DNA of 34,238 nt from Octopus bimaculoides (GCF_001194135.2 NC_068982.1:72944870-72979107), one strand, 5' to 3'. Positions 1-11,455 are shown, counted from the stretch's first letter. Notes: a model not told the origin generated them from the letters alone. Program-made: numbers and translations.

Positions 1-180
1 ATATATATATATATATATATACAATGGTCTTTTTCAGTTTCTGTCTACCAAATCCACTCACAAAGCTTTGATCGGCCCGAGGTTATAGCAGAAGAGACTT
101 GCCCAAAGTGCACGCAGTGAGACTGAAGCCAGAACCATGTGGATAAGAAGCAAACTTCTTATCACACAGTCACGCCTGTA
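1..180 (-). mobile_element. SINE family A (tRNA head + CORE-like domain), 5' half; internal (TA)n at 1-20
   Basis: Reverse complement reads ggcgtgactgtgtgataag...ggcttcagtctc...actttgggcaagtctcttctgctataacctcggg...gaaactgaaaaagaccattgt(at)n, colinear with the copy at 19058-19530. Confidence 0.85.
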
Positions 181-252
181 AATATATACACATACAAATG
201 TATATATACATCTGTATGTGTGTATATTTATACACACTTTATTATGTGTGTG

Positions 253-286
<34 letters not shown>

Positions 287-289
<3 letters not shown>

Positions 290-390
290 TCATCATCATT
301 TAGTATCCGGTTTCTATACTGGCGTGGGTTACACTGTTTGACTGGAACTGGTGATTAGCCGGAGAGCTGTACCCTGTGCCAGTCTGATTT
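287..390 (-). mobile_element. 3' end of a probable RTE-related retroelement with (ATG)n tail
   Basis: (CAT)n run followed by ttagtatccggtttctatactggcgtgggtt..., resembling an abundant octopus retroelement tail recalled from memory. No second copy in the window. Confidence 0.4.
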
Positions 391-1832
391 ATATATACAC
401 ACATATATAGGCACACGTATTTGGCATTGATATTAAAGATTGTAGTTAGTGGTACCATTGGGAATAGTTAGTGAAGACTGCCGTCTGGTACAATATGGAA
501 ACAAGACAAATCATACATTAACTCACACGCCCCCCCCCACACACACACACCCACGGACGCGTGTACTTTTATTCTTTTAATGATAGTACTGTGGCCATGC
601 TGGAGCATCGCCTTAATTTCTTTTCTATTAGTTCTGTTGTCGCTTTTTGACTGGAAGGTGGTCTATGATCGAGTTTTGTAGCTGCTGATCTCCTCTGGGT
701 GCATCCTTGAATAGTTCATTAGTACGCTATCGTCGTTAAGAGTTCATCTAATAATTTTTTGTGGAGTGGGGTTAATGTTTAAGTAGAAGTTTCTTCTATA
801 TTTCTGATTAATTTAGATAGATAGTTGAACAGTTTGTGCCCTCTGAATACGAGATCCGTACAATAGAGTATTTTTGTTCATGATCTCGAAGGTAGCATAT
901 TTGGAAGCTGACAGTATATAAGAGTTCATGCATTAAAATTCTCTCCAATGTCGAAGTTTGGAACATGTCCCTCCACGATTTTCCATACATTTGTGAATAG
1001 TATATATTTCTCTTCGGCGTTCAAGAGAGTAGAGACGCAGCGCTGTCAGACGTTCTCAGTAAACAAGACTTTTAACCGAAGGTATTTTACTGGTGAACGT
1101 TATTTGTAACCCTTCAATTTCTTCCATGAGATCGGATGAGTTAGGATATTAAAATTGTAGGCAATAATCTAATTTGCTCAAAACTATGGTTTTCCATAAA
1201 GTAAGCCAAACTACCGGTTCTCTTGTCATGAAAGTTCGTAGGATCCAACCTATGAGTTGGCTGCATTTAAAGGTTAGTTTGATAATATGGCTGATGAAAA
1301 ATGCATCATTTGCCGTATGTCGTTTGTGCTCTGAATCATTATGTTACTTTTTGTCAAATATTGCGATTTGGAGGTATTCCCTCTGTAATGAAGAAGCTGA
1401 AATTTTGATTTGCTAAATTTTATACTGTTTCTACCTGCCCATTGATGTATAAGGTTTAGCTTATATATCGATATTTTTGTGTCTTCGGTGTAATTCGTTC
1501 CCTGATGTATACGACTTATTACAAATAGCTAAGCAGAAAGAAAACCATTTGCAGCAACAGGTTGACCCCCTACCGTATAGGGAGTTAAAGAGCCATTTTC
1601 CAACTTTTCCTATGATACTAAGATTTCTTAACTTATGACAGATGATTCCATGATCAATCTTGTCAAATGCCTTAACAAAATCACAGTATTAATAGTCAGT
1701 ACTCTTTCCCCTCAAGAGATTATTGAGGGTAATACCATGATGCTGTAATAGTTGTGACAAGCAGCTTCGTCCATTCCGAAACCCATGCCGTGTGTCATCT
1801 AAGTGGTTTTCCTCCAAGTATGTTATCATATT

Positions 1833-2285
1833 TTACCTATAGACAAGGCTCTTGATAATTTCAGATGTGTGAGATGTGGGGGAAACAGGTCTGTAATTTT
1901 TAGCTTCAGCCCTGCTACTTCCTTTGCATATAGGTATTATTGCTGCGTCTTTCAGTAGTCCTGGGAATATGTCGGTATCTGGCGACTTTTGAAAAAGTAC
2001 CTTCAATGATTTCATGAGGCGGTTTTTGCACGTTTTTAACAATATGGCTGGGAGATCATCTGGTACAGATGCTGAGTTTGAATCTGAGTCATCAATAGCT
2101 GTAAGTATATCATCTTCCATGATATCATTAATTTTTAGATGTGTCTCTGCAGTTGAGTTGTGGGGATCAAAAAATTCGTTTGGATTATGAACTATTTTGT
2201 TAACTATAGGCTGGGAAAATGTTTTGTTATATTCTTGACTCAAGAATGTGGATATTTGTGATGGATCGTTAGCATTTTGATCCAC
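1833..2285 (-). pseudogene. CR1 ORF2 reverse transcriptase N-terminal remnant
   Basis: ORF-track 150 aa: ASVPDDLPAILLKTC...IIPICKGSSRAEAKNYRPVSPTSH. Confidence 0.9.
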
Positions 2286-2390
2286 TAGAGAGCCAATCTG
2301 GTTATGTATTTGGTTCTGTTATGTATTAGTTTCCCTCTATCTCGTGGAATCAAGTTCTTGTGGGAATAGGCATTTATTTGGGACATGAGT

Positions 2391-2996
2391 TCAACAGTTC
2401 TTGGTTAGCTCTTTGTACAAAAACTTAATTCCCACCTTAATATTGAGGTTGCTAATACTCTGAGACCAATTTCTTTTCAGGATTTTGGTTTCGATATCTC
2501 TCCAGTCAGCTTTCCTGAAACTCAAGTTCATGATGAGTGAGTCATGTTTGAGGTTATTTGTGTGTGTTACCCACTTCGTACCATATACAGATAATTGTAT
2601 AATGCTTTGGTTGGAAATAGCTGTGGTAATGACCTGAAAATTGTGAATGAAGTCTGTATTGGTGGTAAAGACTAGGTCGAGTCTGTTATTTTCCCTAATT
2701 GGAGGGGTAATGATTTGTTGCGTGGGAAAGTCTTTAGTGGCATCGAGGAGAGCGTTCGTAACCTTCCTCTTCAGTTGCTTAGTTCCAGGTTGGATATAAC
2801 CCTCAGACCAGCTAAAACTAGGAAAATTAAAGACCTCTGTTAAAAGTACATTGGCCTGTGTGCTGGCTTCAGCTAGGGTTAGACTTATGAGCGACAAAGC
2901 ATCTCTGAAGTGATTTCCGTCGTTAACCGCGTCGTCGAATACATTTCTTGTTGGAATTTCGCAAATTAGGTAATTTCGGAGTTGGTCTGCAATCAT
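2391..2996 (-). pseudogene. CR1 ORF2 endonuclease remnant
   Basis: ORF-track 201 aa containing the DFN-like motif and NRLDLVFT...SNQSII (SDH-like) motif. Confidence 0.85.
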
Positions 2997-3568
2997 TTAT
3001 AGTTAATTGTTTCCTTTCAAAGTTTGTTTTTTTTTTTTAGCTATTTTTCAAAGATTCTTCTATAACGCACATTTCAGTCATTCGAAAATTCAAAAGATTT
3101 TATAAAATAANNNNNNNNNNCATTAAATATCAAAGATAAGAATAAATAATTTTGTTCTGTTGGCAAAATGGAATGCATCTGAAAGTTGTCAGGAGCTATT
3201 TTCATAAAAGTGCATGCTTCATGCGGATGGTTGATGCATTAATACTGAAAACAAAGATGCACAAATATAATTTGTGCTGAACAGTGACAAACAGATAACA
3301 ATACAAATATTCACCTATGAAAACAAGAAAATACATATCAACAATGGATATTGGTTGACGAAGTAAGAATTTGAGCTTTAAAGTGAAGTGTTAAAATTTA
3401 ATTATTGGTGCCGTAAACAGAGGAAACAATGGTTCTGATGTAAATAATAGTTATTGCAGTTGTATTAAAAAGTATAGAAATATGAACGTTACAAGTAATT
3501 ATTACAGTATCAGCTGCCGTATTTCTTCAGTGACAACAAATCAGATCTCTGTTGTTGACCCCACTCAC

Positions 3569-3634
3569 CGTACAAAAGCCAACGATACGTATAAGCTTGC
3601 TGAACTGCTTATCTCGTGAATTGTAGCCATACGT
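3569..3634 (-). other. Possible 66-bp internal exon of an unidentified minus-strand gene
   Basis: Acceptor ttgtctcttag and donor ACG|gtgagt. Two frames are open. No homology recognised. Confidence 0.25.
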
Positions 3635-4155
3635 CTAAGAGACAACCTCTTAAATACCCGCATAAATTAAGAAACGCTATCACCAATGTACAAAGGGGAA
3701 TAACAAACCACAAGATTCTGATACTTTGTTCTATCAGCCAGTTAAGCAATTGCTTATATGCTTGCATAATCACAAAAATAGACTATACAACTTTAAATAA
3801 TGTGTCGCTATGAAATACAGCAGTTACTGACGTAGATTAAACGACTGGAAGCATAAATTACAGTGCAGAATTAATATTCGACGTAGCGAAGCAAGTAAAA
3901 TAATCCAGATGACATTATATAACCCTTTAAAAAAAATCTGACAAAAATACGTAGCGTAGATGATTAAATATAATATAAACGATGAACAAACACAACTCCA
4001 GCATTTTATAACGTTGAATATGAGCTGATGAAAAAGAAAGACGTGTTGTTGTTTGAAGACTGCATCTAAAGATGAAGGAGAAGAAGAAAGATATTTCTTA
4101 AATCAATATTTATCCATGTTATTTTAGTAACAGAAGGTTGTTATGTTGATAGGCA

Positions 4156-4550
4156 CTGGCATGGGTGTGTGGTTATGATGTTTGATTTGCAACCACATGG
4201 TCTCGGGTTTAGATCCGCTACGTGAGACCTTGAGCGAAGCCCATGACTGACCAATGTCTTATGAATGCATTTGGTAGATGAAAACTGTGCAGAAGCTTGT
4301 CGTATATATATNNNNNNNNNNACACACACACACACACATATGAGTGAATGTGTGAGTATATGTGTGTTTATCCAACACCACTGTTTCACAGTTGGTGTTG
4401 TTAGTGTCTCCGAAACTTACCGGTCCGACAAAAGGGACCGGTAGATACCCATTTTATAAAGCCTAAGTACTGGGATTGTTTTGTTTAACTAGACTCCAGT
4501 ATGACCGCAGTCCAATAACCGAGACAAATAAACGATAAAAGACGGAAGAT
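4156..4550 (+). mobile_element. SINE family A, diverged near-full-length copy
   Basis: tRNA-like head, shortened CORE-like part, internal (TA)n/(CA)n containing the gap at 4312-4321, and 3' ctccagtatgaccgcagtcc tail. Confidence 0.75.
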
Positions 4551-4579
4551 ATTATCTCTGTTGTGTATATGTGTCTGAG

Positions 4580-4986
4580 GTGGAGGCGTAATGGCCCAGT
4601 GGTTAGGGCAGCGGACTCGCGGTCATAGGATCGCGGTTTCGATTCCCAGACAGGGCGTTGTGAGTGTTTATTGAGCGAAAACACCTAAAGCTCCATGAGG
4701 CTCCGGCAGGGGATGGTGGCGAACCCTGCTGTACTCTTTCACCACAACTTTCTCTCACTCTAACTTCCTGTTTCTGTTGTGCCTGTAATTCAAAGGGTCT
4801 GTTTCTGTTGTGCCTGTAATTCAAGGGGTCTGTTTCTGTTGTGCCTGTAATTCAAAAGGTCAGCCTTGTCACATGTGTCTGTGGAGTGCTCAGCCACTTG
4901 CACGTTAATTTCACGAGCAGGCTGTTCCGTTGATCGGATCGACTGGAACCCTCGACATCGTAAGCGACGGAGTGCCAACAACAACA
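4580..4986 (+). mobile_element. SINE family B (tRNA-Arg-like head, (AAC)n tail), full length, 13-bp TSD
   Basis: A box tggcccagtgg, B box ggtttcgattccc. TSD atatgtgtctgag at 4567-4579 and 4987-4999. Colinear with 10218-10604 and 20939-21330. Confidence 0.92.
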
Positions 4987-5509
4987 ATATGTGTCTGAGA
5001 AACAAATACATAAGAGTTGTCTGTTTGATGTCTCTTATAGGATGTACGTAAGAGAGAAGGAATACCAGAAAATGATGCAAGAATGAGTTGGGAGAGTGTA
5101 TTTTAAAGGTCTGACTGTGAGGCAAACCTTTGATCGCAATTAAGACAGCTCTGGGGAATTTTGAAATCGAAATTCATTTATAACGAAAATGGCAGATGTT
5201 CCAGAATTTTCTGCTTGCATTTCGGCGCGAAAACTCTGGCGGTTCTTTTGATGTTTGTTGACATTTTATCACAGCCGCCACAAGTTGTGATTGGCTATAA
5301 TATATGTCGGTAGGCGTGTTTCTTATTTACGTTGTGGTTTAACACTCACTGATGAACATTGCCAATTATAGCAATATTGGGTAAACTGCGAATCTATATC
5401 TAAGCAAAGGCATAGGATTAATTCTAAGGATATATCTGCTAAAGCTTAAAGCAAAAATAATCCACTTTAAATATTAGATTTTAAAATGTTTAACATTAAA
5501 GCAAAATCT

Positions 5510-6620
5510 TACTCTGAAAACCACGCCTTTGAAAACAACCCACAAAAATTCTGTAGGACAATATGTTGCAATGATATAGGCAATGGCAATATACTCACTA
5601 AATAAACATTAGAAATATTTTGGAAACCCATTTTTGAAATCGAAATCAAGTCTAACAGAAACACTATCTGACTAATGGAGATAATGCAGCAATAATGAAA
5701 TAGAGACTGGGAGATGGAGAGAAAGAGAAAGAGAGAAATCATCTCTAAATGTATTACAATACCTGATTTGATACTAGATCTAAAGAGCATCGGAAGCTCG
5801 AAAAGTTTTGGTATGGCCTACATACATTTTTTTTTTTTTTTTTGTGATTGTTGGTTGATATAACGCACTGCTTGACGAGAGCCACGTTTAACATCCATTT
5901 AATGTGGATTAAGTGTCAAGGATTCTTTGCCAACAGAATAACAATATAATAATCTTCACGTAAAGACCAACAAATGATTCATCTATCTATCACCTGACAC
6001 GTGTCCGCTGCTAATTAATAAACTGGTTACCAGAACAGTTTATAGAATCGCAGTTAGATAATAAAACAATTTAAAATATATAAAGAATAATAAGCAGGAA
6101 TATTTCAAGCAGATTACTTCTCTCCATTAATTTTCGACTTGATGTTGACATCATCAACCAACATTTTAACCCAGAATGGACTTCAATACAAAAACTATGC
6201 GATAAAAATCAACCATCTTTTGTATACAGACGATCTCAAGTTGTAAGCTGAAAATGATCAGCAACTAGAAGTACTGTTGCGGACGATACATGAATTTAAT
6301 TGAGGAATTGATGCAAGATTCGGATGAGAAAATGTGCCAAGACAACCTTGATAAGAGGAAAATATATAACGAACAAAATATTATGCTAAATAAGAAACAG
6401 AGATAAGGGAATTAGACATAAGACATTACTTAAGTATCACTGAATTAGATAAAGTATATCATAGATAAATAAATAATGGAAAGGTTAGAGAAGAGTATTA
6501 GAGATGCATTAGTTTAATACTTAAATGTGAAAAGAATAGATAATAGGCATCGATAGTCTAGTTTTGTTAGTAATACCTGATCATTATAATGTTTTCAACG
6601 GGACGCTAAATAAATTAGCA
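5510..6620 (+). mobile_element. Heavily decayed Dong/R4-clade LINE fragment
   Basis: Translates to FENNPQKFCRTI...EIFWKPIFE, IFQADYFSPL, INHLLYTDDLKL and a KCAK-like motif. Homologous to the frame at 33962-34238. Confidence 0.75.
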
Positions 6621-6960
6621 AGAACATGTCACCGAAAATTTGATACAAAAGGCTTCGTTTATGATACTGGTGTGTATTACATTTATATTGTATAAAAACG
6701 TAGAACACTAGCTATACTGTTTTGTCTCGGGAAAAAACCCATCTAAGAGATTTACGTGTTAAAAATACAGGGCTTCACTCAGAACTCTGGTGGATCTTCA
6801 GAGACAGTGTTTCCACATGTTTTGGTCTCCTCAGTGACGAATATTCTGGACGTTCTGAGTTCATGTTTGTTTAATATTGAAATCGGCAAAAACATCTACT
6901 GATTTGTGCAAAAGTTAGCCAAGTTAGATTTAAACCAATATTCGCACTTGAAACAGCCTT

Positions 6961-7065
6961 AGATTAAAGTCGACCTCTGCAGAATTTGAACTAAGAACGT
7001 GACGATGGACGAAATGCCGCTAATCATTTTTCCCGGCGTGATAGCGATTCTGCCAGCTCGTCACC
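6961..7065 (-). mobile_element. SINE family C, 5' fragment
   Basis: Reverse complement: gacgagctggcagaatcgctatcacgccggg...gttcaaattctgcagaggtcgacttt. Confidence 0.75.
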
Positions 7066-7211
7066 TTAAGGCTAGTTTTAATATCGATCTATTTGCATCA
7101 AGCCCTCTCCCGTGTCTGTATCACTATTAGTCTTTGATGGTGAGTATGAAATGTAATAAGTTTTCTAGGTTTCAATGTCTTCATTTCATGTAATTTCTAA
7201 TTTATAACATT

Positions 7212-7424
7212 GATTTCAGATTTTGGCACCAGACCAGTAATTTCGATGGAGGGGATAAGTCGAGTACATCGACCACAGTACTCGACTGGTACCTATTTTG
7301 TCGACCCCGAGAGGATGAAAGGCAAAGTCGACCTCAGTGGAATTTGAATTTAGAACGTGAAGTCTGACAAAATGCCGCTAAGCATTTTGCAGGCGTGCTA
7401 ACGATTCTACCAACTCACCGTTCA
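7212..7424 (-). mobile_element. SINE family C, full length, 16-bp TSD
   Basis: Perfect TSD tctaatttataacatt at 7196-7211 and 7425-7440. Colinear with 18561-18780. Confidence 0.92.
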
Positions 7425-7519
7425 TCTAATTTATAACATTCACATTGTGTATAACATTTTATCCTTTCAGAGGTCGACAGGAAAAGTACTAATCCATGAC
7501 GAATCTGTAACAATGTTGA

Positions 7520-7622
7520 ACCAAATAACATGCGGTGTTTGTTCGGGATCTTTTCAGGCTGAGTTTAAATCCCACCAAAGCGACTTCTGTCTTTCATTAT
7601 TTTGGGGTCGATAAAAAATTAC
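7520..7622 (+). mobile_element. SINE family C, diverged fragment
   Basis: gagtttaaatcccaccaaagcgacttctgtctttcattattttggggtcgataaaaaattacc matches the central C domain. Confidence 0.6.
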
Positions 7623-7924
7623 CAATACATAGCAGTGGAGTGGTGGAATTGTAAAAACGTCAGGTCAGATACCTTGCGGTATTCGTACCGGCTTTTTTGT
7701 TCTGAGTTCAAACCCCACCATGACCTACTTGGAGTAGTAGACTCAACCGGTTTAATACTACCACATGGACTCTTTAGTGCATTTAGCGCAGTCCACTCTG
7801 TCGCAAACATTCAGGCTCTCACAAGCATTCACTCTCCCAAGTATTCAGGCCATGTCGCTGATTTGAAGCTATCTTCCTCCCGCCCTTGGAGCACCTGTAA
7901 TGGGTCACTGGCACTGCATTCTTA

Positions 7925-8260
7925 AAAAGACAAAAATAATTGTATTTGTGGCGTTGACTTGATATCTGATTTTAGAAATTCATCTGATTTTTCTCTAGAA
8001 GCTTAGTTATATCTTATCAGTTTCTTGTACCCGTAAGTAGATGAAACTAATATGGGTGGCTCTGTCCTAATTCTCTGATTTTATTCTCTAAATCTATTTT
8101 CATGTTATCGTTTTAAATTCATTTACTTTTTCTTAGAGTACATTACTTGAATATAAGTGTTGAATCCATGTACAGTTCTCTGTCTTATTGTTATTTCTCG
8201 ATAAAAGCTTTTGTATCATCCATATACAGACAATGTTTTTTGATATGTCCTTAGAATTTA
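7925..8260 (-). mobile_element. Decayed Dong/R4 RT fragment
   Basis: Minus-strand translation gives CLYMDDTK and IDLENKIRELGQ. Multiple stops. Confidence 0.6.
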
Positions 8261-8522
8261 TACTTCGAGTAGTAAACTCAACCGGTTTAATACTACCATA
8301 TGGACTCTTTAGTGCATTTAGCACAGTCCCTTTCTACAGCTGTCTCTCTTTCCCTGGACATAGACATTCTTTTGGCTGACCTTGACAAATTTGACACTTA
8401 CCTTCTAGGCATGGTTATATACGTATACAGAAATACACGGGTGCAGAAGATAATAAACAATGAAAATAACTTGGTAACGGAAATTATATTTCTTAATACG
8501 ACGGACAGAAAGTAAATAAGAA

Positions 8523-8715
8523 ATGTTTACAGAAAATAAAGAATTGTACGGGTTGAAGCGAAATTTGTCAGTGAACCAAAGAGCCAGTATCGAAAGAACC
8601 AGAAAACAGCCGTTAACAGTAAGACACAAAACTGTTGCAAAAGTAAATAAGGAATTTTTAGAGAAATTAACTAACTGTACTGATTTAAGTGAAATTTTTG
8701 AAGTTACTTCTGTCA
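8523..8715 (+). CDS. Candidate first coding exon (64 aa + 1 nt) of an unidentified gene, possibly an LRR N-cap
   Basis: ATG at 8523, open to a consensus donor gtaagt at 8716-8721. Non-repetitive, protein-like composition. The continuation is hidden by gap 8741-9391. Confidence 0.35.
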
Positions 8716-8740
8716 GTAAGTTATTAACTTACTTTTATCA

Positions 8741-9391
8741 NNNNNNNNNNNNNNNNNNNNNNNNNNNNNNNNNNNNNNNNNNNNNNNNNNNNNNNNNNNN
8801 NNNNNNNNNNNNNNNNNNNNNNNNNNNNNNNNNNNNNNNNNNNNNNNNNNNNNNNNNNNNNNNNNNNNNNNNNNNNNNNNNNNNNNNNNNNNNNNNNNNN
8901 NNNNNNNNNNNNNNNNNNNNNNNNNNNNNNNNNNNNNNNNNNNNNNNNNNNNNNNNNNNNNNNNNNNNNNNNNNNNNNNNNNNNNNNNNNNNNNNNNNNN
9001 NNNNNNNNNNNNNNNNNNNNNNNNNNNNNNNNNNNNNNNNNNNNNNNNNNNNNNNNNNNNNNNNNNNNNNNNNNNNNNNNNNNNNNNNNNNNNNNNNNNN
9101 NNNNNNNNNNNNNNNNNNNNNNNNNNNNNNNNNNNNNNNNNNNNNNNNNNNNNNNNNNNNNNNNNNNNNNNNNNNNNNNNNNNNNNNNNNNNNNNNNNNN
9201 NNNNNNNNNNNNNNNNNNNNNNNNNNNNNNNNNNNNNNNNNNNNNNNNNNNNNNNNNNNNNNNNNNNNNNNNNNNNNNNNNNNNNNNNNNNNNNNNNNNN
9301 NNNNNNNNNNNNNNNNNNNNNNNNNNNNNNNNNNNNNNNNNNNNNNNNNNNNNNNNNNNNNNNNNNNNNNNNNNNNNNNNNNNNNNNNNNN
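8741..9391. other. Assembly gap (other gaps: 3111-3120, 4312-4321, 12531-12540, 17547-18011, 23995-24600)
   Basis: Runs of N. Confidence 1.
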
Positions 9392-9613
9392 TACGACCAA
9401 TGGATGTAAAGGAGGCAATCAGTTTCTGAAAGTTACTTTGCAAAGAGTTACCTCCTTTCTCCACATAACCCAGAAACGGGTGTTTTCTTCCCCCCAGAGG
9501 ACCCATTACTCATTATGTGAAAATTTTTTACAGTCTAAAACCATCCCTGGAACATAAGTAATGTATGTTCCCAGTTTGAAGAAAATCAGTTGAAAAATAC
9601 GGCCGTTATAATC

Positions 9614-9657
<44 letters not shown>

Positions 9658-9676
9658 CAGAATTTATATTATAGAT
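9392..9676 (+). mobile_element. 3' part of a probable non-autonomous Helitron/Helentron-like element
   Basis: Ends ...gtttgaagaaaatcagttgaaaa...(CA)n-gaacagaatttatattatagat, the architecture (subterminal microsatellite, ...atagat end) of Lep1/HINE-type elements as recalled. The 5' end is in the gap. Confidence 0.45.
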
Positions 9677-9789
9677 GAGTGCATGGATGGATGATTAGAG
9701 GCGTGGGTGGATGGGTGGATGGATGGGTAGATAGGTGAATGGATGGGTAGATAGATGGATGATTGGTTGGATGTATGGATATGTTTTTG

Positions 9790-10001
9790 TGTATATGTTT
9801 GTCACCGTCACTGTTTTACTATCAGTGTTGGTTTGTGTACCTAACCGCAACTTAGCAGTTCAGCAAAAGACCCGACAGAATTAGTACTGGGTTTTAAAAC
9901 TAAGTACTGGGGTCGATTAAATTCGACTTACAGCCCTTTAAAGCGATCCCCATCAAGACCGTAGCCTAATGACTGAAACAAGTAACAGATGAAAGATTAA
10001 G
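9790..10001 (+). mobile_element. SINE family A, 3' half
   Basis: aacttagcagttcagcaaaagacccgacagaattagtact...ggggtcgattaaattcgact...aatgactgaaacaagtaa matches 19360-19490. Confidence 0.75.
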
Positions 10002-10217
10002 ATATCTCTTTTGATATAAAGCCGCTTGATATAAACCCTGGTTCTGTGACACAAACTTCCTATTATAAATTTATCTAAATTTTAACATTCTTTAGCGATG
10101 TTGTAAATGGTGCAATGAGGCTAAAGCCTTGGTAGTATTATATCTTCAGGTTTAATAAAAGTCAGGATAAAGAACGTCAAGAAATACGAATACAAGCTAA
10201 ATTTGATTACAACATTT

Positions 10218-10604
10218 GTTGTTGTTGGCACTCCGTCGCTTACGACGACGAGAGTTCCAGTTGATCCGATCAACGGAACAGCCTGCTCGTGAAATTAACA
10301 TGCAAGTGGCTGAGCACTCCACAGACACTGTACCCTTAACGTAGTTCTCGGGGATATTCAGCGTGACACAGTGTGACAAGGCTGACCCTTTGAATTACAG
10401 GTACAACAGAAACAGGAAGTAAGAGTGAGAGAAAGTTGTGGTGGAAGAGTACAGCAGGGTTCGCCACCATCCCCTGCCGGAGCCTCATGGAGCTTTAGGT
10501 GTTTTCGATCAATAAACACTCACAACGCTCGGTCTGGGATTCGAAACCGCGATCCTATGACCGCGAGTCCGCTGCCTTAACCACTGGGCCATTGCGCCTC
10601 CACT
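10218..10604 (-). mobile_element. SINE family B, full length, 11-bp TSD
   Basis: TSD ttacaacattt at 10207-10217 and 10605-10615. Intact A and B boxes and (AAC)n tail. Confidence 0.93.
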
Positions 10605-10701
10605 TTACAACATTTATTCCACCGCAAACTGTTGTAACATGAATAAATCTGTCAAATAAAACACATAGGTTCATCGTGCTTCTTGAAGATGAAGATGTAC
10701 C

Positions 10702-10790
10702 CTGGAAAAACAAAAAATAGCTTCAAAGAATCCTGCTGGCAATTCTCTCCTCACTGACAAAACACACACACACACAAAATTCTTATTTAC
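10702..10790 (-). other. Candidate 89-nt spliceosomal intron
   Basis: CAG|gtaaat donor and tattttttgtttttccag|G acceptor on the minus strand, in non-repeat sequence. Confidence 0.4.
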
Positions 10791-11129
10791 CTGTAGGCTC
10801 AAAAAGACCGCATTTTTGGCTGTGGTGGGAAAAGGTCTGATTGGAGGACTTAAAGCATCCAATCGGCACGCACAGGAACGGTCATGTGACCACTCGCAGC
10901 AAAGGCCTTGTTGGAGCCAAAAAGGGACTAGTTAAGGCTAAACAACCAAAACTTGAACATCACATCGCTACACTTCCATCAAAAATTTTTAATAATTCAT
11001 GTTCCAGACACCAACATAATAATACTCTTTTCTCTTACTCTTTTACTTGTTTCAGTCATTTGACTGTGGCCATAATAAATATAATGATAAATATATTTTA
11101 GGAAATTGTTCATTACTTCAAAATTAATT

Positions 11130-11315
11130 AAAACAAAGTGTTTTTCCATAGAAAAATGGTAACAGGATCAATGGGATCAGAGATTGTAAGAAAATTAACG
11201 GCGATAAAGAGACTCCCTGAAATATTTTCCCAACTGGGCTGGTATATATCTTCCCTTTATCTTGCAGTTTTATCAATATTTTGTTGTTCGCATGAAGCTG
11301 CAACTCCACTGTCAC
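11130..11315 (-). mobile_element. Dong/R4 RT fragment
   Basis: KIFQGVSLSPLIF...SLIPL corresponds to the GIFQGDSLSPLLF motif. Confidence 0.7.
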
Positions 11316-11455
11316 GCTGATTCGAGATGAGAATTACGTAAAGAATTACACGTAAATTTGCGGAACATTCAGCTACTTAAATATTAATTCAATGAACGAG
11401 TAATTCATGTGATCGAACAAGTGACTACTCTCTGTCGAAACCAACGAAGAACCAT
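11307..11455 (+). mobile_element. Old relative of the SINE B 3' half
   Basis: cactgtcacgctgattc...gagaattacgtaaag...cattcagctactt...gtgatcgaacaa aligns by eye to the B 3' region. Confidence 0.6.

Larger units (their letters stand above)
566..2996 (-). mobile_element. 5'-truncated, decayed CR1-clade LINE (ORF2: AP endonuclease + reverse transcriptase) with 3' UTR and tail
   Basis: Minus-strand translation shows APE motifs (FNFPSFSW, PIRENNRLDLVFT), RT N-terminus (PDDLPAILLK, NYRPVSPTSH), KAFDKIDHG, degenerate QG and YADDTK (HQGT, YTEDTK), LIGWILRTF and LYSLERRRE. Many stops and frameshifts. Tail aaaagaataaaag at 566-578. Confidence 0.9.

Noticed and set aside
4580-4660. tRNA genes at SINE heads (also 19058, 20939, 23194)
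   Set aside because: They have A/B boxes but no closed acceptor stem and run into SINE bodies, so they are not functional tRNAs.
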